This document shows positions 9,787 to 23,336 of a DNA stretch of 64,000 bases, in pieces. The DNA is taken from positions 192,001 through 256,000 of the forward strand of contig CAWFJJ010000029.1 in NCBI GenBank assembly GCA_963816185.1, given 5' to 3'. A model generated the notes under the pieces. The model did not search any database, had not been told where the DNA came from, and saw nothing but the letters and a program-made list of their open reading frames with translations. The first letter of the stretch is position 1. Every line of letters begins with the position of its first letter. The translations under genes were made by a program, and so were the position numbers. The stretch comes from Thermoanaerobaculia bacterium (GTDB taxonomy: Bacteria; Acidobacteriota; Thermoanaerobaculia; UBA5066).

Positions 9787-10845
9787 TCAAGTTGCTCCCG
9801 CGGGAACCTCGATCTCGACCCGAAAGAGCCCGTCGTGAAGGCGGGTGCCGACGTAGCCGTCGTCACCCCAGCACGCCGCGACGCGTCGCTTCACGTTCGC
9901 GAGTCCCAACCCCGTCCCCGCGGGCTTTTCCGCTCCGGCTTCCGCGGGGTTCTCGACGACGATGGACACGCGGCCGCCCGAGCGCCTCGTCACGAGCGAC
10001 AGAACGCCCCCCTCGAGGCGCGCCCCGATGCCGTGCTTGACGGCGTTCTCGAAGAGCGGCTGCAGGAGGAGTGGCGGAACGGACACGTCGAGCGTCGACG
10101 CGTCGACGTCCTCCGACACCGTGAGCCGGTCGCCGAAGCGGACGCGCTCGACGGCGAGATAGCGGTGCGCAAGGGCAAGCTCTTCGCGAAGGGGAATCGA
10201 GGATCTTTCCGACATGCCGAGCGTCGTTCTCAGGAAGTCGGAGAGGAGCGCGCACATCGAGCGCGCCTCCTCCGGCCGGTCGCCGACGAGAGCCGCGATG
10301 GAGTTCAGGCTGTTGAAGAGGAAATGCGGGTTGAGCCGCTCGCGGAGCGCCTGAAGCTCGGCTTCGCGGGCCAGGGTCTTCAGCTCCGCGGCGCGCCGCT
10401 CCTGATCGCGGCCTTTCTCGGCCGCGTCGAGCGCGTAGTGCATGGCCAGCACGAGAAGGTAGAGGAGAACTCCGAGGAGGAAGACGACGGGGCCGGCGCG
10501 CGCGAGGCGGTCGGGCAGCGTCTCGAAGGCCGGTAGCAGCGCGAGCGCCCACGCGAGCGTCGTCCCGAAGAGGAGCCACAACGAGGCCGCGACGATCGAC
10601 GCGACGACGAGCGCCGACGCGGTCACGAGGAGCCGTGCGGAATCGACGGGAAAAGCGCGGCAGAGATACCACGACGAGAGGCACAGGAATGCGTAGAGGA
10701 GTCCGAGCGGAACGGAGAGAGTCACCGCCTCGAGGAGAGAAAGCCCTCCGGCGAGAACGAGGAGGCCCCCGAGGATCGCGGTGAGCGGGATCCAGCCGAG
10801 AAGGTAGACGCCGAGGCGTCCGGACTGCCTGAAGAAGGGGTGCAC
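9787..10845 (-). CDS. LytS/YehU family sensor histidine kinase
   Basis: TM region followed by LNPHFLFNSLNSI, LQPLFENAVKHG and GTGLGLANV motifs. Confidence 0.92.
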   Translation of the reverse strand: MHPFFRQSGRLGVYLLGWIPLTAILGGLLVLAGGLSLLEAVTLSVPLGLLYAFLCLSSWYLCRAFPVDSARLLVTASALVVASIVAASLWLLFGTTLAWALALLPAFETLPDRLARAGPVVFLLGVLLYLLVLAMHYALDAAEKGRDQERRAAELKTLAREAELQALRERLNPHFLFNSLNSIAALVGDRPEEARSMCALLSDFLRTTLGMSERSSIPLREELALAHRYLAVERVRFGDRLTVSEDVDASTLDVSVPPLLLQPLFENAVKHGIGARLEGGVLSLVTRRSGGRVSIVVENPAEAGAEKPAGTGLGLANVKRRVAACWGDDGYVGTRLHDGLFRVEIEVPAGAT

Positions 10846-10854
10846 GACGCGCCC

Positions 10855-11565
10855 CTAGTTCTTGATACCGAGGCCGCCGAAGAGGATGAAGCCCGTGACG
10901 AGGAGCTCCTTTTGACCGGTGCCGGGCGCGGCGGCGAAGTGGCGGCTCTTGTCGTCGGTGCCGCCGAAGATCGGAACGACCTTCAGGATCACATTCCAGT
11001 CCTCGGGCACGCGCAGCTCGCCCCCGCCGCAGAAGCAGAAGACGTCGATCGTCGCGCGGTCCCCCGCCATCTTCGACTCTCGGAGGTCGATGTTGAAGCC
11101 GCCGAAGACGGCGTTCGCCTGACCCCCCCGGAAGTCGGCCGAGACGAACCGGCGCTCGCCGCCGCCGAAGACCGCCCACTCGTTCAACGTGCCACCCGGA
11201 TTCGTCGACGCGTCCCAGGTTCGCCTGCCCGGGCGGTGTGCGAACACGATCCTCAGCCCGATGATCACGAAGATGAGCGGGAAGAGGTAGCGGAGATGAA
11301 AGTGAACGAGGTCGAAGTTTCGGAGGAAGAAGAGAGTGCCCAGCGTGACGAAGATCGACCCGGCCGTGAACGAGCGGCTCGCGAACTTCGCCAGGCCCAA
11401 AGCGACGAGGACGAGCGGCCAGAACTTCCAGATCTCGCTGACGTCCACGAGACCGAAGTTGTCGAGCGTGAAGAGGATTCCGCCCGCGATGAGCGCGAGG
11501 CCGATGACGAGCCGGGACAAGGTGTCGTGGCGAGGGCTGGTGTCTTTGACGATTCTTTCTTCCAT
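10855..11565 (-). CDS. LiaF-like cell-wall-stress membrane protein (DUF5668 / DUF2154 type)
   Basis: About 4 TM segments (GLALIAGGILFTLDN, KFWPLVLV) followed by the beta-rich AVFGG...IDLR...VPEDW domain. Confidence 0.8.
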   Translation of the reverse strand: MEERIVKDTSPRHDTLSRLVIGLALIAGGILFTLDNFGLVDVSEIWKFWPLVLVALGLAKFASRSFTAGSIFVTLGTLFFLRNFDLVHFHLRYLFPLIFVIIGLRIVFAHRPGRRTWDASTNPGGTLNEWAVFGGGERRFVSADFRGGQANAVFGGFNIDLRESKMAGDRATIDVFCFCGGGELRVPEDWNVILKVVPIFGGTDDKSRHFAAAPGTGQKELLVTGFILFGGLGIKN

Positions 11566-11620
11566 GGCGAGTCTCCCGCTCAAAAGATACGTCCCGAAGA
11601 CCCGTTCTTCCCTCCCGATT

Positions 11621-11651
11621 CGGCGAATCGACCTTCGGCGCCGGTGAACGG
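11621..11651 (-). promoter_or_regulatory. Putative LytTR binding direct repeat
   Basis: CCGTTCACCG and CGATTCGCCG on the minus strand with a 21-bp period, upstream of the liaF-like/kinase operon. Confidence 0.5.
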
Positions 11652-11833
11652 CGGAGGATGGTCGCGCTAGCGTTCCCAGCGCTGCCAGGCTCGATCGTGG
11701 GGCAGGCATCGCATTTGCGTGCCTCTTCTACTCTTCGACTTTGCGCAACTTTCCAATCAGAGGTTGCGTAGGGCGAAGGGCCGGCGAAGAACTTCGCCTC
11801 GACGTTGTAAGAAGGACGAAAGGAGAGAAACTC

Positions 11834-12301
11834 ATGGCAGCGAAAGTCAAGCCCGTTCCCGAGGGCTATCACACCGTCACGCCCTACCTCTGCATCCGCG
11901 GAGCCGCAAAGGCCCTCGATTTCTACGCCCGCGCGTTCGGCGCCAAGGAGAAGGTCAGGATGCCCGGACCCGACGGGAAGGTCATGCACGCCGAGATCCT
12001 CATCGGTGACTCGTTGGTCATGCTGGGAGACGAGAACCCCCAGGCCAAGTCGCCCTCGGCCCTCGGCGGCACGCCGGTCAGCATCATGCTCTACGTTCCC
12101 GACGTGGACGCCGTGTTCAAGAGGGCGACGGCGGCTGGCGCCAAGACCGAGACCCCTCCGGCGGACATGTTCTGGGGCGACCGCTATGGCAAGCTGATCG
12201 ATCCCTTCGGACACTCCTGGGGCATCGCGACGCACGTCGAGGACGTCACCCCGGAGGAGATGAAGAAGCGCATGGCCGCGATGGCATCGGCAGGCGGCTG
12301 A
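11834..12301 (+). CDS. VOC/glyoxalase (PhnB-like) protein
   Basis: PEGYHTVTPYL, ALDFY..AFGA and DMFWGDRYG..DPFGH.W motifs; AGGAG Shine-Dalgarno. Confidence 0.92.
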   Translation: MAAKVKPVPEGYHTVTPYLCIRGAAKALDFYARAFGAKEKVRMPGPDGKVMHAEILIGDSLVMLGDENPQAKSPSALGGTPVSIMLYVPDVDAVFKRATAAGAKTETPPADMFWGDRYGKLIDPFGHSWGIATHVEDVTPEEMKKRMAAMASAGG

Positions 12302-12313
12302 TCCCCGGCCGGC

Positions 12314-16064
<3,751 letters not shown>

Positions 16065-16068
<4 letters not shown>

Positions 16069-17936
16069 GCTCGCCTCGCTTCGGCGCCGAGCGCCTCGAG
16101 GATCCGCTTGACCGCGTCGTAGCGCGCCATCGGCATGATGTGGAGGCCGCGCGAGCGCTCCGCGATCGCGCACGCGAGCTCGACGCCGATCGCGAAACCT
16201 TCCTCTTCCTCGAACTCGGGGCCCTTCTCGGCTGCCCGGCGCATCCGCGCCACGATCTCCTCGGGCACGACCATTCCCGGGACTTCGTTCGCGAGGTAGA
16301 GGGCCTGCTTCAGGCTCTTCGGCGGGATGAGGCCGATGAGGACCGGGATCGCGTGCGCCTCGGCGCGCGCGTAGAAACGGTCGAGCGCCGCGACGTCGTA
16401 GACGGGCTGCGTCTGGGCGAACGTGGCGCCGGCCTCGATCTTGGCCGCGAGCTTCGAGATCTCGAGGTCGAGGTCCCTCGCCGCGGGATTCGCCGCGCAC
16501 GCGATCGCGAACGACGTGGCCGAGCCGATGACGCCGCCCGCGAGGTCCGTACCCCCGTTCAGACCCTTGACGATGCGGAGAAGGCCGAGCGTGTCGACCT
16601 CGCCCACGGGTTTGGCCTGCGGGTAGTCACCGATCTTCAGGGGGTCGCCGCCCACGACGAGGAGAGCCTTGATGCCCAGCCCGGCCGCACCGAGGAGGTC
16701 CGACTGGATGCCGAGCACGTTCCGGTCGCGCGGCGAGAAGTGAAAGATCGTCTCGGCGCCTGTATCGGTTCGGATGAGGTGCGCGACGGCGATGGACGAC
16801 ATTCTCAGACGTGCCATCGGGTTGTCCGTGATGTTGATGGCGTCCACGCCGAGGGCTTTCAGGGTGCGTGCGCCGTCCACCGCCGCCGAGGCGTCGATGC
16901 CTTTCGGCGGCTCGACCTCGACCGTCACGACGAGAGCGCGCGGGTCTGCGAGCTTGCGCTTCAAGGCGGACGTCTCGAGAGCGGCTTCGCGCGGGCGGAC
17001 GGCGCGGCCTTCCGTCACCGCAGCGCGCTCGCGAGGCGCGGAAGCCGGCACCGCGCGCGCCTTCCCCGAGACCTCGCGCGCCATCGCGGCGACGTGTTCC
17101 GGCGCCGTGCCGCAGCATCCTCCGACGAGGGCGGCGCCGGCGTGGAGGAGATCGCGCGCGCTCTGGCGGAAGTAGTCGGGCGTGGCCGGATAGACGGTGC
17201 GCCCGGAGACGACCCAGGGATATCCGGCGTTCGGCCGCACGGAAATCGGAACGCCAACCGAGCCGGCGACGCGTGAGAAGTTCTCGAGGGCTTCCTGGGG
17301 CCCGACCGTGCAGTTCATCCCCACGATGTCTGCTCCCGCGGCGACGAGCGCTTTGAGCGCTTCGCCTGCGTCCTCGCCGAAGCTCGTCTTGCCGTCCGCG
17401 AGGAACGTCATCGAGGCGGAGATCGGTATCCCGTCCGACAGGGCCCGCGCCGCCCGCAGCGCCTCGGTGACCTCGAGCGTCGAGGAGAACGTCTCGAAGG
17501 ACAGGAGGTCGACGCCCTCTTCGAGAAGGATCCGGATCTGCTCCGTGAAGAGCTCGCGCACGTGGGGGCGCGTGAGCGGCCCGTACGGCTTCACGAGCTG
17601 CCCGAGCGGCCCGACGGAACCCGCCACGTAGACGTATTCCCCCTCGGCCGCGGCGCGCGCGAGGCGCACGGCCGCGCGGTTTATCTTCTCGAGCGAGTCG
17701 GCCCAGTCGAACCGCGAGAGCTTCGCGCGGTTCGCGTCCCACGTGTTCGTGGAGAGAACCAGCGAGCCGGCGGCCACGTAGTCGTCGTGAATCTCGCGCA
17801 CGAGGTCGGGCGCGGAGACCGAGTTCGGCGAGCGCGGGCCCTCCGCCGGCGCGCCGCGCGACACGAGCAGCGTCCCCATCGCGCCGTCCGTGAGGAGGAC
17901 TTCGGCCTTCAGCCGCTCCCGGATGTCTCTCTTCAT
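16065..17936 (-). CDS. yitJ: Bifunctional homocysteine S-methyltransferase / methylenetetrahydrofolate reductase
   Basis: DGAMGT and GGCCGT homocysteine domain plus [19 protein letters not shown] and TQPVYD MTHFR domain. Confidence 0.9.
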
Positions 17937-17937
17937 G

Positions 17938-17965
17938 AAAACGCCCCTTCGAGGACGAAGGGGCG
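17938..17965 (-). terminator. Riboswitch expression-platform hairpin (terminator or SD-sequestering)
   Basis: CGCCCCTTCG-TCCT-CGAAGGGGCG-TTTT immediately before the yitJ ATG. Confidence 0.7.
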
Positions 17966-17995
17966 ACGTGACTCCGCGCCGTTTTCGGCCTCGAT

Positions 17996-18126
17996 CTCAT
18001 CTTCCTCCGGCTGCGACGTGCGGCCTGGAGCGGGATTTGGCACCTGGCGTCCGGCGCCCTTCGGGGCGCACCGGACCGGTTGCCGCGGCATCGCAGGGCC
18101 CGTCCCTCCGCCGCTCTGGATGAAAC
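17996..18126 (-). ncRNA. SAM-I riboswitch
   Basis: Minus strand reads TCATCCAGAG-CGGCGGAGGGACGGGCCC...GGCAACC...GGTGCCAAATCC...GAAGATGAG; it lies upstream of methionine genes. Confidence 0.93.
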
Positions 18127-18246
18127 CCGGTCAAAGAGCCGCCGTCAGGGTACGGCGGGTCGGCCGGGGCCGTCAAGGCCCGCTCGGCCATGTGCGGGTA
18201 ACGCGTGCGAAGGAGCTGGACGCACCTCCAGCTCCTCCGGACAGCC

Positions 18247-18798
18247 TCACGACGGCAGGTCGTCGAATTCGATGTGACAGTTCGTGCCGTAACAGACCCG
18301 ATAGGCGCAAAAGTACTGGCCGGCCTTGTACTCGTAGCAGGTCGCCGTGACCTTCAGGACGCCCTTGGTGATCCTCGCCTCGGCCGAGTGCTCGACGAGG
18401 CTCGAAACCACGCGGGCAGTCGTCGCGATCCAGCCCTCGGACGAGGACAGCGACGCGTGTTGCTCCTTCAGGCACTTGAGGAGTTCCGGCTTGAGGTCGG
18501 ATTCTTTCCCCTCCCTCAAGCGCCTGCCGTTTGCCCAGAACCCGTCGTCGGAGACGACGCCTCCCTTCACGCGGACCCGCACCTCGAGCTTCCCGTGCTC
18601 GGTGTTCAGCGACGCGATCACGTGGCTGCCGTCTTTCAGGTGCAGGGTGGCGGGATCCGGAACGGTCAGCTCGTACGTCTTGCTGCTGCACGGGCCCGCC
18701 GCGGAAGCGGAGCCCGCCAGGGCAAGTGAGAGGGACAGCGCGGCAAGCCATCGCAGGCCCCCGAGCGAGGCGGAAATACAGTTCGAGCGAGTCAACAT
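18247..18798 (-). CDS. Hypothetical secreted protein with Cys-rich C-terminus
   Basis: Signal peptide-like N-terminus (LAALSLSLALAGSASA); AGGAGG Shine-Dalgarno. Confidence 0.65.
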   Translation of the reverse strand: MLTRSNCISASLGGLRWLAALSLSLALAGSASAAGPCSSKTYELTVPDPATLHLKDGSHVIASLNTEHGKLEVRVRVKGGVVSDDGFWANGRRLREGKESDLKPELLKCLKEQHASLSSSEGWIATTARVVSSLVEHSAEARITKGVLKVTATCYEYKAGQYFCAYRVCYGTNCHIEFDDLPS

Positions 18799-18977
18799 CG
18801 TCGTACCTCCTTTTCGGTTCGCTCGGGCGGCTCCTCTTTACGCAAGCCGTCCGGTGCTTCCGTTACCAGCTAAGCGGCCTTTCCGACCCGAGAGGCTCAC
18901 GCGCGAAGGCGCGGCAGCGCGCTTATCGCGGCGGGGCGGCGTCCGCAGGATGTCGGGTAGACTTGGTCTCTGACCAG

Positions 18978-20288
18978 ATGAGGATCCTCGTCGTCGGCTC
19001 CGGGGGTCGCGAGCACGCGCTCGTGTGGAAGCTCGCGCAGTCGCCGGGCGTCACGGACGTCTTCGCGGCGCCGGGCAACCCGGGCATGGCATCGAAGGCG
19101 ACGTGTCTTCCGATCGGGGTCGAGAACGTCGTCGAGCTGGCCGACTTCGCCGAATCGATGAAGATCGATCTGACCGTCGTGGGGCCCGAGCTTCCGCTCA
19201 CGCTCGGCCTCGTGGACGAGCTCGCGAACCGCGGCCTCGCGGCTTTCGGGCCGAACCGCCTCGCGGCCGAGCTCGAGGGCTCGAAGGTCTTTTCGAAGCT
19301 CTTCATGAAGAAGTACGGCATCCCGACCCCGGATGCCATCGTGTGCCAGACGCGCAGCGAGGCGGAGCGCGCGCTCAAGACGTACGGCCTGCCGTGCGTC
19401 TTCAAGGCCGACGGCCTCGCGGGCGGCAAGGGTGTCGTCGTCGCACAGGAACCCGAGGAAGCCGAGCGCGCGCTGAAACTCTTCTTCGAGGATCACGTCT
19501 TCGGCTCGGCGGGGGACCGAATCCTCGTGGAGCGGTTCATCTCGGGAGACGAAGTGAGCTTCATGGTCCTCTGCGACGGCGAGCGCGCGCTGCCGCTCGC
19601 CACCGCGATGGATTACAAGAAGATCTTCGACGGCGACCGCGGTCCGAACACGGGCGGGATGGGCGCGCACAGCCCGTCGGTGCTCCTCGACGCTCCCACC
19701 GCGTCCGACGTGCTCGCGTTCATCGTGCAGCCGACGCTCAAGGGCATGGCGGACGAAGGCCGCCCGTTCCGCGGCGTCCTCTTCGTCGGCCTCATCCTCG
19801 AGGCCGGTCTGAACCCGTACGTGCTCGAGTACAACGTGAGGTTCGGAGATCCCGAAACGCAGGCGGTCCTCCTGCGCCTCGACGGCGACCTCCTCCCGCT
19901 CCTTCTGGGGTCGGCGCGCGGCCACTTCGACGAGGGAGCGCAGCTCGGCTGGCGGCGGGAGGCGACCGCTGCCCTCGTGATGACCGCCGAAGGCTATCCG
20001 GGGCCGTTCGAGCGCGGTCGGCCCATCTCCGGAATCGAGGACGCCGAGGCGATGGAAGGCGTGTTCGTCTTCCACGCGGGGACGGCCCGAGGCTCCGACG
20101 GCGGATTCGTGACGTCGGGCGGTCGGGTGCTCGATGTATGCGCCCGCGGGCGCGGCCTTTCGCAGGCCCTCGCGACCGCGAGGGAAGCGGCCGGCAAGAT
20201 CCGCTTCGACGGCGCGCACTTCCGCCGCGACATCGGCAAGAAGGCGCTCGAGATCCTGGTGGAGCGCTCCGGCTCTATGCTCCGGTGA
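18978..20288 (+). CDS. purD: Phosphoribosylamine-glycine ligase
   Basis: MRILVVGSGGREHAL, KADGLAGGKGV, GPNTGGMG and EYNVRFGDPE motifs. Confidence 0.97.
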   Translation: MRILVVGSGGREHALVWKLAQSPGVTDVFAAPGNPGMASKATCLPIGVENVVELADFAESMKIDLTVVGPELPLTLGLVDELANRGLAAFGPNRLAAELEGSKVFSKLFMKKYGIPTPDAIVCQTRSEAERALKTYGLPCVFKADGLAGGKGVVVAQEPEEAERALKLFFEDHVFGSAGDRILVERFISGDEVSFMVLCDGERALPLATAMDYKKIFDGDRGPNTGGMGAHSPSVLLDAPTASDVLAFIVQPTLKGMADEGRPFRGVLFVGLILEAGLNPYVLEYNVRFGDPETQAVLLRLDGDLLPLLLGSARGHFDEGAQLGWRREATAALVMTAEGYPGPFERGRPISGIEDAEAMEGVFVFHAGTARGSDGGFVTSGGRVLDVCARGRGLSQALATAREAAGKIRFDGAHFRRDIGKKALEILVERSGSMLR

Positions 20289-21015
20289 AATCGACGAGCA
20301 CCGGCGGCGGCCCCGGCGCGTCCAGGAGCGCGAGGGCGGCCCGGATGATTTTCGACTGAAGCTCGGGGTCGCCCGGCTTCCCGAGCGGATAACCGAGCGC
20401 ATAAGGCACCGCGAGCGCGCGCGGAGTCCGCACCTTCTCGGTGATTTCCGTCAGCATCGTGACGGACGTCGTCGCGATGCCACGCCGCTCGAGCTCGCCC
20501 GCGATCAGACCGACGGTCTGATGGCACATGGGTCAGAGCGGGACGAGGAACGCCGCGTCGACGCCGTCCGCGGCGAGGAGCGAAGCGGCCGCAGGAGCCG
20601 TCTCCTTCACGAGCCGCCCCGGCGCCGTGATCGAGCCCATGAACGAGAGCGCACGGCCGTTCAGCGAGCCGATCTCGCCGCCCGCGGCCATCTCGCGCAG
20701 CCTATCGAGCGGAAAACCGAGATTGCGGTCCGCGCGGAACCCGGTCTGGTCGAACGCGTCGGATTTGTGGGCGATTTCGAGCGTCGCGAGGTCCACGTCC
20801 GCCGGGATCTCGCGGAACGTCGCGTCGCCGCCCTTCAGCTCGTTATCGAACGGAACCTGCGTCGGCAGGTGAACGCCGCCCGTCGTCACGAGCGCGATGC
20901 GCGCTTTCTCGAGCGGTTTCGCGAGCCTCGTGAACGGTACGGGATCGAGCGCTCGGTACCGGTACCGCGCCATGAAGAGGCGGTTCTTGAGCGAGAGGTC
21001 CGAGAGGCTCGCCAC
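20275..21015 (-). CDS. GrdB/PrdB-like selenoprotein (UxxC motif; Sec codon at 20533-20535)
   Basis: Two in-frame ORFs joined by TGA: ...AAFLVPL-U-PMCHQTVGLIA.ELE.RGI.T; RIALVTTGG motif of the reductase B family. Confidence 0.85.
20504..20522 (-). promoter_or_regulatory. Bacterial SECIS-like hairpin
   Basis: Perfect stem ATCAGACC-GTC-GGTCTGAT starting 10 nt after the UGA, with G first in the loop. Confidence 0.7.
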
Positions 21016-21035
21016 GTCTCTTAGTATGACGAAAT

Positions 21036-21605
21036 ATGATTGCGCCCGTGCCCGTCTTCGCCGTCCTCGCTCTTCTCGCCCAGCTCGTCTCTTCCCACGC
21101 CCCGACATTCGGCCCGGCTGCGACGCCGGCGCCTGCTTTTCCCGTGACGTCCGGCGGCGGTTTGACGTGGGCCGTGCCGAAGACCTGGCTGCCCGGGCCT
21201 TCGTCCGCGATGAGGCTCGCCACGTACTTCCTTCCCGCTTCGCCAGGCGACGCCGAAAAGCCCGAGCTGGCCGTCTTCTGGTTCGGGCCGGGCCAGGGTG
21301 GGAGCGTCGACGCGAACGTGGAGCGCTGGTTCTCGCAGTTCATGCCCTCCCCCGGCGATCCGAAGCCCACGCGCAGCCTGACGCGTATCGGCGCGCTGCC
21401 CGTGACGCTCGTGAAGGCGGCCGGTACGTATTCCTCGGGCATGGGGATGGGCGCCGCGCCTCTGCCCCAAAGCGGCTTTGCGCTCCGCGGTGCGATCGCC
21501 GAAGGGCCGGACGGAGCCGTGTTCTTCAAGCTCACCGGCCCGCGCCGGAGCGTCGCGGCGGCCGACAAGGCTTTCGACGCGCTCGTCGCGAGCCTCAAGC
21601 CCTGA
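21036..21605 (+). CDS. Hypothetical secreted protein
   Basis: Signal peptide; MRLATY, GGSVDANVERW..QF and FFKLTGP conserved-looking blocks. Confidence 0.7.
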   Translation: MIAPVPVFAVLALLAQLVSSHAPTFGPAATPAPAFPVTSGGGLTWAVPKTWLPGPSSAMRLATYFLPASPGDAEKPELAVFWFGPGQGGSVDANVERWFSQFMPSPGDPKPTRSLTRIGALPVTLVKAAGTYSSGMGMGAAPLPQSGFALRGAIAEGPDGAVFFKLTGPRRSVAAADKAFDALVASLKP

Positions 21606-21686
21606 GAACCGACGCGATCGCGTCCCGTGTCGCTGGGGACATGAGGCCTCTTGACGGTCCCCGAGCCTTGACGAGGGACCCGATCT

Positions 21687-23297
21687 TCATCGGACGCCGA
21701 ACGTCGCGAGGAAGTACGTCGGGCCGGCCTTTCGCGCGACACCGTGGTCGGGGTTCGACGCGAGGTGCTCGAGGACCTTGAAGACCGTTTCGGTCTCGTC
21801 CGGCGCTCCGACGGAAGCCGCGATGCGCTCGGCCGTCCGGAAGACACTCCTCTCCCGGCGCAGATCCGCGAGGAGTCTCGCTTGCAGGGCGAGGACCTGG
21901 GCCGCGGCCTTCTTTCCAGCCTCGACTCCCGGCTGGTGATACGCGTTGATTCCCACGAGCTGCGCGTAGAGGCCGACCGTGCGCTCGTAGAGCGCGATGA
22001 GCATCCCGACAGAGCGCGAGGAAGCGTCGGGAATCGTGAGCGTGATCGAGCCGCGCCCGTTCTCGTGAAGCGCCTTCCGCGTGCCGAGAAGAAAGCCGTG
22101 GAGGTAGTCGCCCGAGGTGACGTCGGGCTCGACGGCAAGCGACGCGGCGGCGTTCTCGCGGTCGCACGCGACCTCGACGAACGTCACGAAGAAATTCGGC
22201 ACGCCCTCGCGGAGCTGCTGCACGTACGCGTGCTGGTCCGTCGAGCCCTTGTTGCCGTAGACGGCGATGCCCTGATGAACGACGTTTCCCTGGAGGTCCT
22301 TCTCCTTGCCGAGCGATTCCATGACGAGCTGCTGGAGGTATCGCGAGAACAGGAGGAGCCGGTCGCGGTACGGGAGGACGACCATGTCCTTCAGCCCTTT
22401 TCCGCCCGTCTCGCGGTACCACGCGAGCGCGAGCATCGCGGCCGGGTTCTTCGCGACGTCCGGAACGCGCGTCGCCTCGTCGCATTCGGCGGCGCCGGCG
22501 AGAAGGCCTTCCACGTCGAGGCCCTGGAGGGCCGCCGGGAGGAGGCCGACGGCGGAGAGCTCCGACGTTCGGCCGCCCACCCAGTCCCACATCGGGAATC
22601 GCGCGAGCCAGCCGTCCCGGACCGCCACGGAGTCCAGCTCGCTCCCCTCGCCCGTCACCGCGGCGGCGTGGCGCGAGAACGCGAGCCCGAGAGAGCGGTA
22701 CGCCTCTTTCGCCTCGAGCATTCCGTTGCGCGTCTCTTTCGTCCCCCCGGACTTCGAGATGACGACGGTGAGCGTGCCCGCGAGGCCGCCCGGCGTCGCG
22801 GCGATGCGGGCCAGCTCGCGTGCCATGCCGTCGGAGTCCGTGTTGTCGAAGAAGAACGGGCGCAGCGGATCGCGCGGCGAGCCGAGCGCGTCGGCCACGA
22901 ACTGCGGCCCGAGGGCCGAGCCGCCGATGCCGACGACGAGGAGGTTCGTGAAGCGCGCCGCCTTTTCGGGCGCGATCCGGCCCGCGTGGACGTCCTTCGC
23001 GAAGGCCAGGACGGAGGCGTGTGCCGTTTCGATCGCGCTTCGCGTCGCGGCGTCCGGGGCGCGCTCCGGCGCGCGCAGCCAGTAATGGCCCACGCGCCTT
23101 TTCTCGTCGGGATTTGCGATGGCGCCGGCCTCGAGCGCGTCCATCGCGGTGAAGGCCGAAGGAAATGCCGTCGTCACGAGCGGGTCGCGATGGAGAGCGT
23201 CGTCGGCCAGGGACGTCTTCGAGAGGTCGACGAGGAGCGAGAGCGACGGCACCTGGAGGGAGAGGGCCTGATAGCGCTGCCACGGGTGGAGGCTCAT
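21687..23297 (-). CDS. pgi: Glucose-6-phosphate isomerase
   Basis: [35 protein letters not shown] and HQPGVEAGK motifs. Confidence 0.96.
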   Translation of the reverse strand: MSLHPWQRYQALSLQVPSLSLLVDLSKTSLADDALHRDPLVTTAFPSAFTAMDALEAGAIANPDEKRRVGHYWLRAPERAPDAATRSAIETAHASVLAFAKDVHAGRIAPEKAARFTNLLVVGIGGSALGPQFVADALGSPRDPLRPFFFDNTDSDGMARELARIAATPGGLAGTLTVVISKSGGTKETRNGMLEAKEAYRSLGLAFSRHAAAVTGEGSELDSVAVRDGWLARFPMWDWVGGRTSELSAVGLLPAALQGLDVEGLLAGAAECDEATRVPDVAKNPAAMLALAWYRETGGKGLKDMVVLPYRDRLLLFSRYLQQLVMESLGKEKDLQGNVVHQGIAVYGNKGSTDQHAYVQQLREGVPNFFVTFVEVACDRENAAASLAVEPDVTSGDYLHGFLLGTRKALHENGRGSITLTIPDASSRSVGMLIALYERTVGLYAQLVGINAYHQPGVEAGKKAAAQVLALQARLLADLRRERSVFRTAERIAASVGAPDETETVFKVLEHLASNPDHGVARKAGPTYFLATFGVR

Positions 23298-23336
23298 GGG
23301 GCAAGACTATCCTTCCCGGTGCGGACGGAGGTGGAG

